A stretch of 64,000 nucleotides of DNA from Alphaproteobacteria bacterium (lineage in GTDB: Bacteria; Pseudomonadota; Alphaproteobacteria; SP197): NCBI GenBank assembly GCA_016869675.1, contig VGDP01000007.1, forward strand, positions 4,286 to 68,285. The letters are read 5' to 3'. The position numbers and the translations under genes are program-made. Position 1 is the first letter of the stretch. Each line of letters opens with the position of its first letter. The notes under the pieces are model-generated. The model made no database searches. It was not told the origin of the DNA and saw only the letters and a list, made by a program, of their open reading frames with translations. Below are positions 50,407-60,446 of this stretch, in pieces.

Positions 50407-53229
50407 TCAGCCGTGCACCACGTCGGCGCAGCGGCGGCACAAGTCGGCGGCGCGCGCGTCCGTGCCGACCTCGGCCAGCACCTGCCAGCAGCGCCCGCAC
50501 TTGGCGCCGGGGGCCAGAAGGCTGACCACGGCGACGCCGGGCGCGTCGTCCATGGCGAAGGCGCCGGCCGGCGGAGCCTCGGTGCTGAGCGCGATGCCCG
50601 ACGTGATCGCCAGTTCCGCCAGGTCGAGCCCGTCCAGCGCCTGGCGCTGTTCCGCCGTCACGTGGACGATCGGCGCGGCCTGCAGGCTGGCGCCGATGCG
50701 CTTCTCCTTGCGCTCGATCTCGAGCGCGCCGGTGACGACGCGCCGCACGCGACGGACGGTCTCCCAGCGCCGGCCGAGTTCGGCGTCGAACCAGTCCGCC
50801 GGGATCGTCGGGAACGTGCGCAGGTGCACGCTGCCGTCGGCCCCGGGATGGCGCGCGAGCCAGGCCTCGTCGGCGGTGAAGCACAGCACGGGCGCGAGCC
50901 ACGTGGCCAGGCACTCGAACAGGATGTCCATGACCGTGCGCGCGGCGCGCCGGCGCGGGCTGGTGCGCGCGTCGCAGTAGAGCGCGTCCTTGCGCACGTC
51001 GAAGTAGAACGCCGAGAGGTCGGAGGCGCAGAACGCGTGCACCGCGTTGAACGCGCCGTGGAAGTCGTAGGCGTCGATGGAGCGCCGGACATGGCGGTCG
51101 AGCTCGGCCACGCGGTGCAGCACCCAGCGCTCGAGCTCGGGCATCGCGCCACGCTCGACCCGTTCGGCTTCGTCGAATCCGTCGAGCGCGCCCAGCAGAT
51201 AGCGCAGGGTGTTGCGCAGGCGCCGGTACGTGTCCGCCTGGTAGGCGAAGATCTCCTCGCTGGCGCGCATGTCCTCGGTGTAGTCGGTGCTGACCACCCA
51301 CACCCGCAGGATGTCGGCGCCGTACTTCTGGATGATCGTGTCGGGCGCGATGACGTTGCCGAGCGACTTGGACATCTTGCGTCCTTCGCCGTCGGTCAGG
51401 AAACCGTGGGTCAGCACGGTCTCGTAGGGCGCGCGGCCGCGCGTGCCGCACGCCTCGAGCAGCGAGGAATGGAACCAGCCGCGATGCTGGTCCGACCCTT
51501 CCAGGTAAAGCGTCGCGGGCCAGTGATGGTCCGGTCTCCGTTCCAGCACCCACGAGTGCGTGGTGCCGGACTCGAACCACACGTCCAGGATGTCGGTGAC
51601 CTTGTCGTAGTCCTTGGGATCGCGTCCCGGCCCGAGGAATTGGGCGTCGTCGCCTGCAAACCAGATGTCGGCGCCCGCCTGCTCGACCGCTTGGGCGACC
51701 TGGTCGATCACGCCCTGGTCGCGCAGCACCTGGCCGGTCTTCTTCTCCACATAGACCGCGATGGGCACGCCCCAGGCGCGCTGGCGCGACAGCACCCAGT
51801 CGGGCCGTGTCTCGATCATGCCGCGGATGCGGTTCTCGCCGGTCCTGGGCACCCAGCGCACCTCGCCGATCGCCCTCAGCGCCTTCGCGCGCAGGTCGTT
51901 CGTCGCCATGCTGATGAACCACTGCGGCGTGTTGCGGAAGATGACCGGCGCCTTGGAACGCCAGGAGTGCGGGTAGCTGTGGACGAGCTTGGCCGTGGCG
52001 AGCAGCGCGCCGGCCGCGTCGAGCAGCGCGACCACGGCCGCGTCGGCATCGCCTGTCTTGCCGTGGGGCGTCAGCACGCGCTTGCCGGCCACCAGGGGCA
52101 CGTGGGCCATGAAGACGCCGTCGTCGTCGACCGTGTCGGGCACCTCGAGACCGTGGGCCTGGCCGAGCTCGAAGTCCTCGGCGCCATGGCCGGGCGCGGT
52201 GTGGACGAAGCCGGTGCCCTGTTCGGTGGTGACGTGATCGCCCGGCAGCAGCGGCACGTCGAAGTCGTAGCCGCGCCCGCGCCACGGGTGCGCGCTAGTG
52301 GTGCCGGCCAGCGCGGTCCCTGGCAGCCGTGCGATCTCGCGGTGCTCGGTGATGCGCGCGCGCCCGAGCGCGGCCGCCAGCAGGTCGGCCACGACCACCA
52401 GACGCTCGCCGGGCCTGGCGCGGGCGCCCTCGGCCACGGCCGTGACCTCGACGACCACGTAGGTGAACTCGGGGCCGTAGGCGATCGCCCGGTTGCCCGG
52501 GATGGTCCAGGGCGTCGTGGTCCAGATGACGATGGCCGCGCCGGCCAGCGCCGGGTCCGACGCCTTGGACACCGGGAAACGCACGTCGATCGTGGTCGAG
52601 GTCTTGTCGTGGTACTCGACCTCGGCCTCGGCCAGCGCGGTCTTCTCGACCACCGACCACATGACCGGCTTGGCGCCCTTGTAGAGCCCGCCGTTCATCA
52701 GGAACGTGCCGAGCTCGCGGATGATCTGCGCCTCGGCGGCGAAGGCCATCGTCAGGTACGGGTTGCTCCATTCGCCGACCACGCCGAGGCGCTGGAACTC
52801 GGCCGACTGCACGGCGATCCAGTGCTCGGCGAACTCGCGGCATTCCTTGCGGAACTCGACGATCGGCACGGCGTCCTTGTCGCGCCCGGCTTCGCGGTAG
52901 CGCTGCTCGACCTGCCATTCGATTGGCAGGCCGTGGCAATCCCAGCCGGGCACGTAGGGTGCGTCCTTGCCCAGCATCTGCTGGCTGCGGTTAACCACGT
53001 CCTTGAGGATCTTGTTGAGCGCGGTGCCCAGGTGGATGTGGCCGTTGGCGTAGGGCGGGCCGTCGTGGAGGATGAACCGCTCGCGCCCCTTGGCCACCTC
53101 GCGCATGCGCCGGTAGAGGTCCATGGTGCGCCAGCGTTCCAGCAGCACCGGTTCGCGCTGGGGCAGGCCCGCCTTCATGGGAAAGTCGGTCTTGGGCAGG
53201 AAGACGGTGGACTTGTAGTCGGTCGCCAT
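50407..53229 (-). CDS. ileS: isoleucine--tRNA ligase
   Basis: HIGH (PYANGHIHLGTAL) and KMSKS motifs. 940 aa. Confidence 0.95.
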   Translation of the reverse strand: MATDYKSTVFLPKTDFPMKAGLPQREPVLLERWRTMDLYRRMREVAKGRERFILHDGPPYANGHIHLGTALNKILKDVVNRSQQMLGKDAPYVPGWDCHGLPIEWQVEQRYREAGRDKDAVPIVEFRKECREFAEHWIAVQSAEFQRLGVVGEWSNPYLTMAFAAEAQIIRELGTFLMNGGLYKGAKPVMWSVVEKTALAEAEVEYHDKTSTTIDVRFPVSKASDPALAGAAIVIWTTTPWTIPGNRAIAYGPEFTYVVVEVTAVAEGARARPGERLVVVADLLAAALGRARITEHREIARLPGTALAGTTSAHPWRGRGYDFDVPLLPGDHVTTEQGTGFVHTAPGHGAEDFELGQAHGLEVPDTVDDDGVFMAHVPLVAGKRVLTPHGKTGDADAAVVALLDAAGALLATAKLVHSYPHSWRSKAPVIFRNTPQWFISMATNDLRAKALRAIGEVRWVPRTGENRIRGMIETRPDWVLSRQRAWGVPIAVYVEKKTGQVLRDQGVIDQVAQAVEQAGADIWFAGDDAQFLGPGRDPKDYDKVTDILDVWFESGTTHSWVLERRPDHHWPATLYLEGSDQHRGWFHSSLLEACGTRGRAPYETVLTHGFLTDGEGRKMSKSLGNVIAPDTIIQKYGADILRVWVVSTDYTEDMRASEEIFAYQADTYRRLRNTLRYLLGALDGFDEAERVERGAMPELERWVLHRVAELDRHVRRSIDAYDFHGAFNAVHAFCASDLSAFYFDVRKDALYCDARTSPRRRAARTVMDILFECLATWLAPVLCFTADEAWLARHPGADGSVHLRTFPTIPADWFDAELGRRWETVRRVRRVVTGALEIERKEKRIGASLQAAPIVHVTAEQRQALDGLDLAELAITSGIALSTEAPPAGAFAMDDAPGVAVVSLLAPGAKCGRCWQVLAEVGTDARAADLCRRCADVVHG

Positions 53230-53287
53230 GATGCGCCTTGAAACTTCGTGGTGAGGCCCTGAACCGATCGCGTCCGTACCACCCCGA

Positions 53288-53392
53288 TGTCATCCCCGGG
53301 CGACGCGGTAGCGGCGAACCGGGGAGCCAGGGTCGCGCGCGCGATGGTCCCTGGATGCCCGGTTCCGGCCCCTGGCCGGCCCGGGCATGACA
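53288..53392. repeat. palindromic ~105-bp intergenic repeat, copy D (between ribF and ileS)
   Basis: tgtcatccccgggcgacgcggtagcggcgaaccggggagccagggtc...ccctggatgcccggttccggcccctggccggcccgggcatgaca. Confidence 0.8.
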
Positions 53393-53471
53393 CGACGAGC
53401 GGTACCAACGCACCGAACCCGTCACGACGACGGGCCGAGGGGCTTTTAGCAGGCGCCCCGGGGCCCGTCGA

Positions 53472-54416
53472 TCAATTCGCGGGCGTCCGCGCCAGGATCG
53501 CGCGGGCCTCAGCGCAGTCGACGGCCATGCGCGCCTTGAGCGCGTCGACGTCGGCGAAGCGTTCCTCGCGCCGGATGCGCTCGACGAAGGCGATGCGGAC
53601 GCGCCGGCCGTAGACGTCGCCCCGCCAGTCGAACACGAACACCTCGAGCAGCGTACCCACGCCATCGAAGGTCGGGCGGGTGCCCAGGCTGGCGACGGCG
53701 TCGCGCCACACCAGCCGCCCGCCCTCTGTCATGCCGGCGCGCACGGCGTAGATGCCGTGGTTGGGCACCAGCCGCCCCTCGGTCGCCAGGTTAGCGGTGG
53801 GGTAGCCCAGCGTGCGGCCGAGCCTGGCGCCGTGGATGACGCGCCCTTCGAACTCCCACACCCGGCCGAGCCGGCGCGCCGCCTCGTCCACTTGGCCCCG
53901 GCGCAGCAGCACGCGGATGTCGGTCGCCGAGCACGTCGTCCCGGCGAAGCTCTCGGTGGCGACCTGGCTGTAGGCGAAGCCTTCCATCGCCGCCATCTGG
54001 CGCAGCACGGTGCCGCTGCCCTTGCGCCCCTTGCCGAACACGAAACCGGGCCCAGTGACCACGTGGCTGACGCCCAGGCCGTCCACGAGCGTGCCGGCGA
54101 CGAAATCCTGGGCGAGCGTGCCGGCGAGGCGGGCGTCGAAGCGCAACGCGAAGACCACGTCGAGACCCAAGTCCGCCAGCAGGCGCATCTTGGCGCGGAA
54201 CGGCGTGATGCGGAACGGCACGCTGGTCTGTTGGAAGTAGCCGCGCGGATGCGGCTCGAACGTCACCAGGCCGAGCGGCCGGCCGGTGGCGCCAGCCAGG
54301 CGGCGCGCCTCGTCGATGACCGCCCGATGGCCGCGGTGCAAGCCGTCGAAGTTGCCAAGCGCGACCACAGCGCCGCGCACGGGCGCCGGTGTCGGCGCGT
54401 GCCGCACGATCCTCAT
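53472..54416 (-). CDS. ribF: bifunctional riboflavin kinase / FMN adenylyltransferase
   Basis: ALGNFDGLHRGH and the C-terminal riboflavin kinase domain (GYPTANL). Confidence 0.9.
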   Translation of the reverse strand: MRIVRHAPTPAPVRGAVVALGNFDGLHRGHRAVIDEARRLAGATGRPLGLVTFEPHPRGYFQQTSVPFRITPFRAKMRLLADLGLDVVFALRFDARLAGTLAQDFVAGTLVDGLGVSHVVTGPGFVFGKGRKGSGTVLRQMAAMEGFAYSQVATESFAGTTCSATDIRVLLRRGQVDEAARRLGRVWEFEGRVIHGARLGRTLGYPTANLATEGRLVPNHGIYAVRAGMTEGGRLVWRDAVASLGTRPTFDGVGTLLEVFVFDWRGDVYGRRVRIAFVERIRREERFADVDALKARMAVDCAEARAILARTPAN

Positions 54417-54463
54417 GGGGCCGCCTTTAGCGCAGAACAGGCCCCCGACTCAACGGGCGGGAA

Positions 54464-54940
54464 TCAGCCGGCGACGACGACGCGGGGCGTGGCGGCGCTG
54501 GTCGCGGCCTTGGCGGCGCGGGTCGGCACGACGACCACCGCCTCGCCTTCGATGACCGCCTTGTCGCCGACGCTGCACGTGGTCTTGAGCGTCACGCGGC
54601 GCCGTTCCGTGATGATCTCCGTGATCGTGGCGCGCGCCCGAACCGTGTCGCCGGCGCGCACCGGGGCCAGGAACTTGAGGTTCTGGCCCACATAGACACA
54701 ACCGGGACCCGGCAACTTGGTGCCGAGCACCGTGGAAATCAGGCTGGCGGTCAGCATGCCGTGGGCGATGCAGCCCTCGAACATGGTGCCGGCGGCGAAC
54801 TCCTGGTTCAGGTGCACCGGGTTTATGTCGCCGGAGACCCCGGCGAACAGCGTGATGTCGGCGGCGTTGATGGTCTTCGCGTACATCGCCGTCATGCCGA
54901 CGGCGAGGTCCTCGATGAAAAACCCGTGCAACTCGTCCAT
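54464..54940 (-). CDS. MaoC-like (R)-hydratase / dehydratase
   Basis: Hotdog MaoC motif FAGVSGDINPVHLNQEFAAGTMFEGCIAHGML. The start could alternatively be 55000 or 55078. Confidence 0.7.
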   Translation of the reverse strand: MDELHGFFIEDLAVGMTAMYAKTINAADITLFAGVSGDINPVHLNQEFAAGTMFEGCIAHGMLTASLISTVLGTKLPGPGCVYVGQNLKFLAPVRAGDTVRARATITEIITERRRVTLKTTCSVGDKAVIEGEAVVVVPTRAAKAATSAATPRVVVAG

Positions 54941-55098
54941 GGTCCTACCGCATTCGCGAGCGGCCGAGCCGCTCTTTTGTTGCGCTGCACTATAGGTCAT
55001 CGTCCACACCCTCTCAAGGCCAACGATACGGCCCGTCAACGATTTTGCTGCGTTGCACCGACCCCGATCGGACGGCAAGCAAGGACGGGGCCACGGGA

Positions 55099-55617
55099 TC
55101 AGCCGATGCGTATCTCGATTCGGACCCCTTGGACGATTTCCCGCCGAAGTTCCACGTAATCGACCGGCCCTAGCAGGTGGCTGATCGCGAGGCCATCGTC
55201 GCTGAGCGGGCAGACGCAGGCGCGGTAGCGCAGCTCATCGCCCAGGGCGTTGGGCGTCAGGCCGTCGCTGAGCAGCGGCGCGCGCCGTAGCAGCGCCTCG
55301 CGGCACGGCGCGTGGAGCAGATCGCGCAGGCGCGGCGGCACGCCATTGGCGCCAGTGCCTTCGTCCATGCCGTAGCCGCGGCGCAGGGCATGGCCGAGAT
55401 GGTCGAAACGCCAGCCCGCCGACGCGGTTGCGGCCACGAAGCAGAAGCGCCACAGGTTGTTGATCGCCGTCGCGTCGACCTCGTCCAGCGCCGGGAACGG
55501 CCGGCCGTGGCGCAGGCCCTGCCGGTAGAGCAGCAGCAGGTTGACCTTGCGCCGTTCGGTATCGTGCTGCGGGCCGGATCCCGTATCGGCGGGCGGGTGG
55601 GCGACCGTGGCGTCCAT
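55099..55617 (-). CDS. hypothetical protein (possible PAS-like fold)
   Basis: No confident family assignment. Cys-rich; conserved-looking core LRDLLHAPCREALLRRAPLLSDGLTPNALGDELRYRACVCPLSDDG. Confidence 0.35.
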   Translation of the reverse strand: MDATVAHPPADTGSGPQHDTERRKVNLLLLYRQGLRHGRPFPALDEVDATAINNLWRFCFVAATASAGWRFDHLGHALRRGYGMDEGTGANGVPPRLRDLLHAPCREALLRRAPLLSDGLTPNALGDELRYRACVCPLSDDGLAISHLLGPVDYVELRREIVQGVRIEIRIG

Positions 55618-55734
55618 GGCATCCCGCTGGCTACGGCCGAGCGCGCCCTGTGGATGGTTCGAACAGCGCACGATGACGAAGGCTGCTTAACGATCCGTAA
55701 CGATGGTGAAGCCTGAGGAACCCTGGGCGCGGCG

Positions 55735-56748
55735 TCAGGACGCGCGGCTTGTCTCGCGCCGGCGCCGGCGCGCGCCCGTGCCTTCGGCCGGGGGCGCAGC
55801 GCGCTGCAGCCCGAGCCGGGCCGCGACCAGATCGACGGTCGGGCGCGGCTGGACCCCGGGCTCGGCGAGCGCATGGGCCATGGCGGCGACGTGGGCCGCG
55901 GTCGAGCCGCAGCAGCCGCCGATGATGCGCGCGCCCGACGCCTTGGCAAGCCGGGCGTACTCGGCCATCACGGCGGGGGTGCCGGTGTAGTGGATGTGGC
56001 CGTCGACGTACTCGGGGATGCCGCAATTGCCCTTGGCGACGAGCGTGGCTTCGGCCGGCCCGCCGCGCGCCAGACCGAGCACGGCTGCCACCAGTTCGCC
56101 CGGGCCGTTGCCGCAATTGGCGCCGCACGCGGCGAGGCGCGGGTCAAGGCCGTCGAAGAAGACGCGGGCGTCCTCGGGCGCGATGCCCATCATGGTGCGC
56201 CCGTTGGTGTCGAACGTCATGGTCGCGACGATCGGCAGCCCGGTCGCGCGCGCGCCGGACACGGCGGCGGCCACCTCCTCGCGCGCGGACATGGTCTCGA
56301 CCCACAGCACGTCGGCGCCGCCCTCGGCCAGGGCGTGCGCCTGTTCGGCGAAGACGGTGGTCGCCTTGTCGTGGGTCAGGGGCCCGAGCGGCTCGAACAG
56401 CTCGCCGGTCGGACCCATCGACCCGGCCACGGCGACCAGGCGCCCGGCCTCGTCGGCCGCGCGGCGGGCGAGCCGCGCCGCCGCAGCGTTGAGTTCGGCC
56501 ACGCGGCCTTCGGCGCCGTGCAGCTTGAGGCGGCTGCGCGTGCCGCCGAAGCTGTTGGTCAGGATGATGTCCGAGCCGGCGGCGATGAAGTCGCGGTGGA
56601 CGCGCAGCACCGCGTCCGGGTTCTCGACGTTCCACAACTCGGGACAGGCACCGTTGGGCAGGCCCAGGGCGAACAGGTTGGTGCCCATGGCGCCGTCGGC
56701 CAGCAGGCAACGGCGCTCGGCCAGCAGGGCCTGGAAGCGGTTGGTCAC
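55735..56748 (-). CDS. homocysteine S-methyltransferase family protein (BHMT/MmuM-like)
   Basis: GAMGTNLF...IILTNSFGGT...VAGSMGPTGE...GGCCGSTAAHV, the S-methyl_trans domain. GTG start at 56748 (MTNRFQALL), or ATG at 56805. Confidence 0.65.
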   Translation of the reverse strand: MTNRFQALLAERRCLLADGAMGTNLFALGLPNGACPELWNVENPDAVLRVHRDFIAAGSDIILTNSFGGTRSRLKLHGAEGRVAELNAAAARLARRAADEAGRLVAVAGSMGPTGELFEPLGPLTHDKATTVFAEQAHALAEGGADVLWVETMSAREEVAAAVSGARATGLPIVATMTFDTNGRTMMGIAPEDARVFFDGLDPRLAACGANCGNGPGELVAAVLGLARGGPAEATLVAKGNCGIPEYVDGHIHYTGTPAVMAEYARLAKASGARIIGGCCGSTAAHVAAMAHALAEPGVQPRPTVDLVAARLGLQRAAPPAEGTGARRRRRETSRAS

Positions 56749-56979
56749 GACGCCTGTCCCATATCGCCCGGGACAATAGAGCAACAACCGGTCGGACCAC
56801 ACCACTTAGGTTCGATTTGCTCGGATTCCGTTGCCCACGATTCGTCGCGCCACGAGCGGGGCGCCCGCTCTGGATCGTTGAATCGCGAGCAACATTTTCC
56901 GATCAGCCTGGACCTCGGCGGTTCAGGCCGATCGGACGTTGCTCTGGGCGCGGGCCGAGGCGGGTCCAGGCGTTGACAG

Positions 56980-57174
56980 TCAGCCGCCGGCGACCTGGCC
57001 GGTGGCGTCGGACGCGGTTTCGAACAGATTGCCCACGTCGTCGGCGAACAGCACCACGGCGGCGACGACCGCCACGGCGATGCACGCCGCGATCAGGCCG
57101 TATTCGATGGCCGTCACGCCGCGCCGGTCGACCGCGAAGGTCCGCAGGGCCGTCACGGGCGAACGCAGCGCCAT
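56980..57174 (-). CDS. flp: Flp family type IVb pilin
   Basis: RGVTAIEYGLIAACIAVAVVAAV Flp motif. About 64 aa. No tad/cpa genes are nearby. Confidence 0.6.
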   Translation of the reverse strand: MALRSPVTALRTFAVDRRGVTAIEYGLIAACIAVAVVAAVVLFADDVGNLFETASDATGQVAGG

Positions 57175-57347
57175 GGCCGCCCGGGTCAGCATGTCCTTGT
57201 CGCTAAGCATGGTCGTCTCCTCGATCGTCGAGGCACTGACGGCCCCATAAAACGCTAGGGCGATGGCGGCACCGGGTCAGTGTGCCCGGTCACAGCCATG
57301 CCGTGCGGCCATTGTTCCCCGCCAGGGTTAACCGTTCCTTGCGCCGG

Positions 57348-57963
57348 TCACGGCGCGCCCCGGGCGCGCTGGCGCCCTTCCACAACGGCGGCAATCTGGC
57401 TGGCCGCCGCGACCTGCGCCTGGGACAGGCCATTTCTCAACGTCGCGATGTTCGCCTGGGCGTCGGCATGGCCGCGCGCGGCGGCCATCATGACCCAGAC
57501 GAGCCCACGGATGCCGACGACGTGCGCCTCCGAGAGCGCGCCCAGCATGCCGGCGCGGTACTGGGCATCCACATGGCCGTTCTGGGCGGCGACCTCGTAC
57601 CACAGCAGGGCGACGCCCAGGTCCGGCGCCACGCTCTGACCGCGTTCGTGGATCGCGCCCAGCATGAACTGCGCCGCCGCGTAATCGGCGGCGGCGGCAC
57701 GCTGGAACGATTCGAGCGCGGCGGCGTGGTTCTGGATGGTGCCCAGCCCGAACAGATAGAGCAGGCCCAGGTTGTACTGGCCTTCGGGGATGCCGGCCGC
57801 GGACGCCGCGGCAAACTCCTCGTAGGCGGCGGTGTAATCGCCCTGCTGGTAGGCGTGCAGGCCATCGTTGACGTCGGCGAGGGTGACCGGCGCGAGGCCC
57901 GGCGCCGCCGCCGCGACCAGCGCGGCGACCGGCGCCCGTCCCCCCAGGCGAAGCGCGTTTATG
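57348..57963 (-). CDS. Sel1-repeat (SLR) protein; start codon unclear, possibly ATG mutated to ATA
   Basis: Three or four Sel1 repeats (GQYNLGLLYLFGLG..., AQFMLGAIHERGQ..., AQYRAGMLGAL...). A signal-peptide-like N-terminus NALRLGGRAPVAALVAAAAPGLA follows an in-frame ATA (rc of 57961-57963). Confidence 0.5.
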
Positions 57964-58030
57964 GGGCGATTGTGCGCCCGAGGGGCACCGCGATCAACGG
58001 ATCGCGCGCCCCAACGGCGATTTCCTGCGG

Positions 58031-58855
58031 CTACACCAGTTGGACGGCACCCGGCGTGTGCTGGCGCAGCTTGGCGATGTAGGGCTCGCCGAAGTTGGTG
58101 CCCGGCTGGCAGTCGTAGCTGAACAGGCCGACGATGCGCCGCGTCGCGCCCTTGACCGGGCTGACGCGGTGCAGGGTCCGGTTGCCCTGGAAGACGTTGA
58201 GGTCGCCCACCGCGAGCTTGACGCGGCGCACCACGTCGGATGCGCCGGCGAAGGCGGCCGCGACGCCCTCGTAGTTCTCGTCCGACTCGCTGCGGATATT
58301 GGGCGCGTACTCGAACAGGCCACCATCCTCGGGCGCGCGCAGCAGGACCGAGAACACCACGTCGTTGCCGTCGAAGTGCCAGCCGTCGGTGTCGCCCTCG
58401 CCGGCAACTTTGGCGGTGAGCGCGAGGTGTGGGCATTCGCTGCGGTGGAACGTGGCGTAGCCCATCAACTGGCGCAGGAACTCGCGCAGCGGCTCCCAGC
58501 AGTAGACGCGGCGCAGGGGCGAGTCGTTGGCGATCTGGTGGTTCAACACCTGGTGGTAGCTGAACCGGTGGCGCACCGTGCGCGGGTGGCCGGCCGGCCA
58601 AGCGGTGTCCTTGTCGGCGTAGCTGTAGCTGCCGCCCTCGGTGTCGAGCCGGCTGGCGATGGGTACGCGGACCTCCAGCTCCTCGGCCATGTACCGCGCC
58701 GCCTCGGGCCGCACGAACCCGGGCAGCGTGTATAGCGCGTCCCGTTGAAGCGTGGCCTGGCCTTCACGCAGCAGATCGGCGACCGCCACGCCGTCCGGCC
58801 GGTGCAGCGGATAGCGATCGAGATCGACGATCGCCTCGATGGTGTTGAACCTCAT
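58031..58855 (-). CDS. putative Fe(II)/2OG-dependent oxygenase-like protein
   Basis: DGWHFDGNDVV...NRTLHRVSPV (HxD...H-like spacing). GGAGGG RBS before MRFNTIEAI. The family assignment is tentative. Confidence 0.45.
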   Translation of the reverse strand: MRFNTIEAIVDLDRYPLHRPDGVAVADLLREGQATLQRDALYTLPGFVRPEAARYMAEELEVRVPIASRLDTEGGSYSYADKDTAWPAGHPRTVRHRFSYHQVLNHQIANDSPLRRVYCWEPLREFLRQLMGYATFHRSECPHLALTAKVAGEGDTDGWHFDGNDVVFSVLLRAPEDGGLFEYAPNIRSESDENYEGVAAAFAGASDVVRRVKLAVGDLNVFQGNRTLHRVSPVKGATRRIVGLFSYDCQPGTNFGEPYIAKLRQHTPGAVQLV

Positions 58856-59003
58856 GGTTGGGCCCTCCACGGCGATTCTTGCTGGGATCGTATACACGCG
58901 GTCGGTGTTCGCCAACGCTGGAGGGGCCCTTCGATACGACGCTTCGCGTCTACTCAGGGCGAACGGCGTTGGTACGCCGACAACCGTGTCCTCGCGCGGC
59001 GCG

Positions 59004-60188
59004 TCAGATCTCCTCCCAGGGGAAGCTGTCGAGCCGCTCGACCCCGCCCGCGCGGATCACGACCTGGGTCTCCAGCTTGACCGATTCCCGCTCGCCGGGC
59101 GTGCCGATCAGGCTTTCGACGCACACGGTCATGTTCTCCTCGAAGCGCCCCTCGTACATGGCGTCGAAGTCCGGGTGCAGCAGCACGCCCGGCCATTCGT
59201 CGGCCATGCCGACGCCGTGCAGCACCACCGAGTAGCGGCCGCCCACGTACTTGTCGGGGATGCGCCAGGACTTCGCGTTGAACTCGTGGAACGTCAGGCC
59301 GGGGCGCAGGATCGCGCAGTTGTGGCGGATCTGGTCGAGCGCCGCGGCGTAGAGCGTGCGCTGCGCGTTGGTCATCCTGGTGTGGCCGATGGTCCACGAG
59401 CGCGAGATGTCGGCGCAGTAGCCGTAGGGTCCGATCAAGTCGGTATCGACGCCCAGCATATCGCCCAGCTCGGCCACGTGATCGGAGGCTTCCTGGAACC
59501 ATGGGTTGGTGCGCTGACCGACGGTCAGCAGCCGGGTCTCGATCCATTCGCCGCCCGAACGGATGTTCTCGTAGTGCAGGTCGGCCCAGATCTCCTGCTC
59601 GGTCTTGTCGGGCAACGAACTGTCGTACATGCGCGCCAGGCCAGCCTCGCACACGCGCACGGTCCAGCGCATGATCTCGAGTTCGTCCTCGCCTTTGATC
59701 GAGCGCGCGATCTCGGTGATCTGCTGGCCCTCGACGATGGTGATGCCGCGCTTGCGCAAGGCGTCGACGCCCATGGGCTCCATGCGGTCGACGGCGAGGC
59801 GCCGGTTGGCGCCGCCGTGTTCACGCAGAACGTCGGCGATCTCGTCGGCCCACCGTTCGACGCGCTCCTCGAGCCGGCCGCCCGAGGACATGTAGAACCA
59901 GGTCGTCGCGAGGCGCACCTCGTCGATCGTCTCCAACCCGTTGGCCCGGTGCTCGGCGCCCTTGTACTGGAAGTCGATGGCCGGACCGTTGGCGCACACC
60001 AAGGCGTAGTGAAACATGTTGTGGGTCGCCCACAGCTGCATGTTCACCACGTCGAGCGCGTAGCGGATGTTGATCGGGTCGTAGAGCAGGATCGCCGCGC
60101 AATCGTGGCGCGCGAGTTCGGCGCGCAGCCGCTGCTGCCGGAAGGCGCGGGCGCGCTTCAGCGTGGCCAGCGGAATGGGGCTCTTCAT
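59004..60188 (-). CDS. M24-family metallohydrolase (creatinase/prolidase-like)
   Basis: Creatinase_N-like N-terminus and a pita-bread catalytic domain (HGVGMADEWP...CVESLIG). The start is ambiguous among 60188, 60255 and 60269. Confidence 0.65.
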   Translation of the reverse strand: MKSPIPLATLKRARAFRQQRLRAELARHDCAAILLYDPINIRYALDVVNMQLWATHNMFHYALVCANGPAIDFQYKGAEHRANGLETIDEVRLATTWFYMSSGGRLEERVERWADEIADVLREHGGANRRLAVDRMEPMGVDALRKRGITIVEGQQITEIARSIKGEDELEIMRWTVRVCEAGLARMYDSSLPDKTEQEIWADLHYENIRSGGEWIETRLLTVGQRTNPWFQEASDHVAELGDMLGVDTDLIGPYGYCADISRSWTIGHTRMTNAQRTLYAAALDQIRHNCAILRPGLTFHEFNAKSWRIPDKYVGGRYSVVLHGVGMADEWPGVLLHPDFDAMYEGRFEENMTVCVESLIGTPGERESVKLETQVVIRAGGVERLDSFPWEEI

Positions 60189-60446
60189 CGGCTTGTCGCG
60201 GCCCTCGGGATTGAGATAGGCCGCCTTGCGCGGGTCCTTGAACACGTCGACCATAGGCACGTCACCCACGGGCCTGTCCGATGCCCGCCTTTCGGCCGGC
60301 GATCTAGCGGCATCCGCGAACGGCTCGCAAGGGTGCGCGCGACGATGCCGCTTGCCCGGCGCTCAGCGAACAGCCAGACTGTATTCATCCGAGAACAGCG
60401 ACGCGCGGCGCATCGGCGCGCGCGGTCGCCAGCCAAGGGGGCCATC

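Noticed and set aside
56806-56980. Possible SAM-II riboswitch upstream of the homocysteine S-methyltransferase-like gene
   Set aside because: The leader lacks the conserved SAM-II pseudoknot elements (UGGC...GCAACG...GCUAAAA). Only a generic GC-rich leader with the 18-nt repeat is present.
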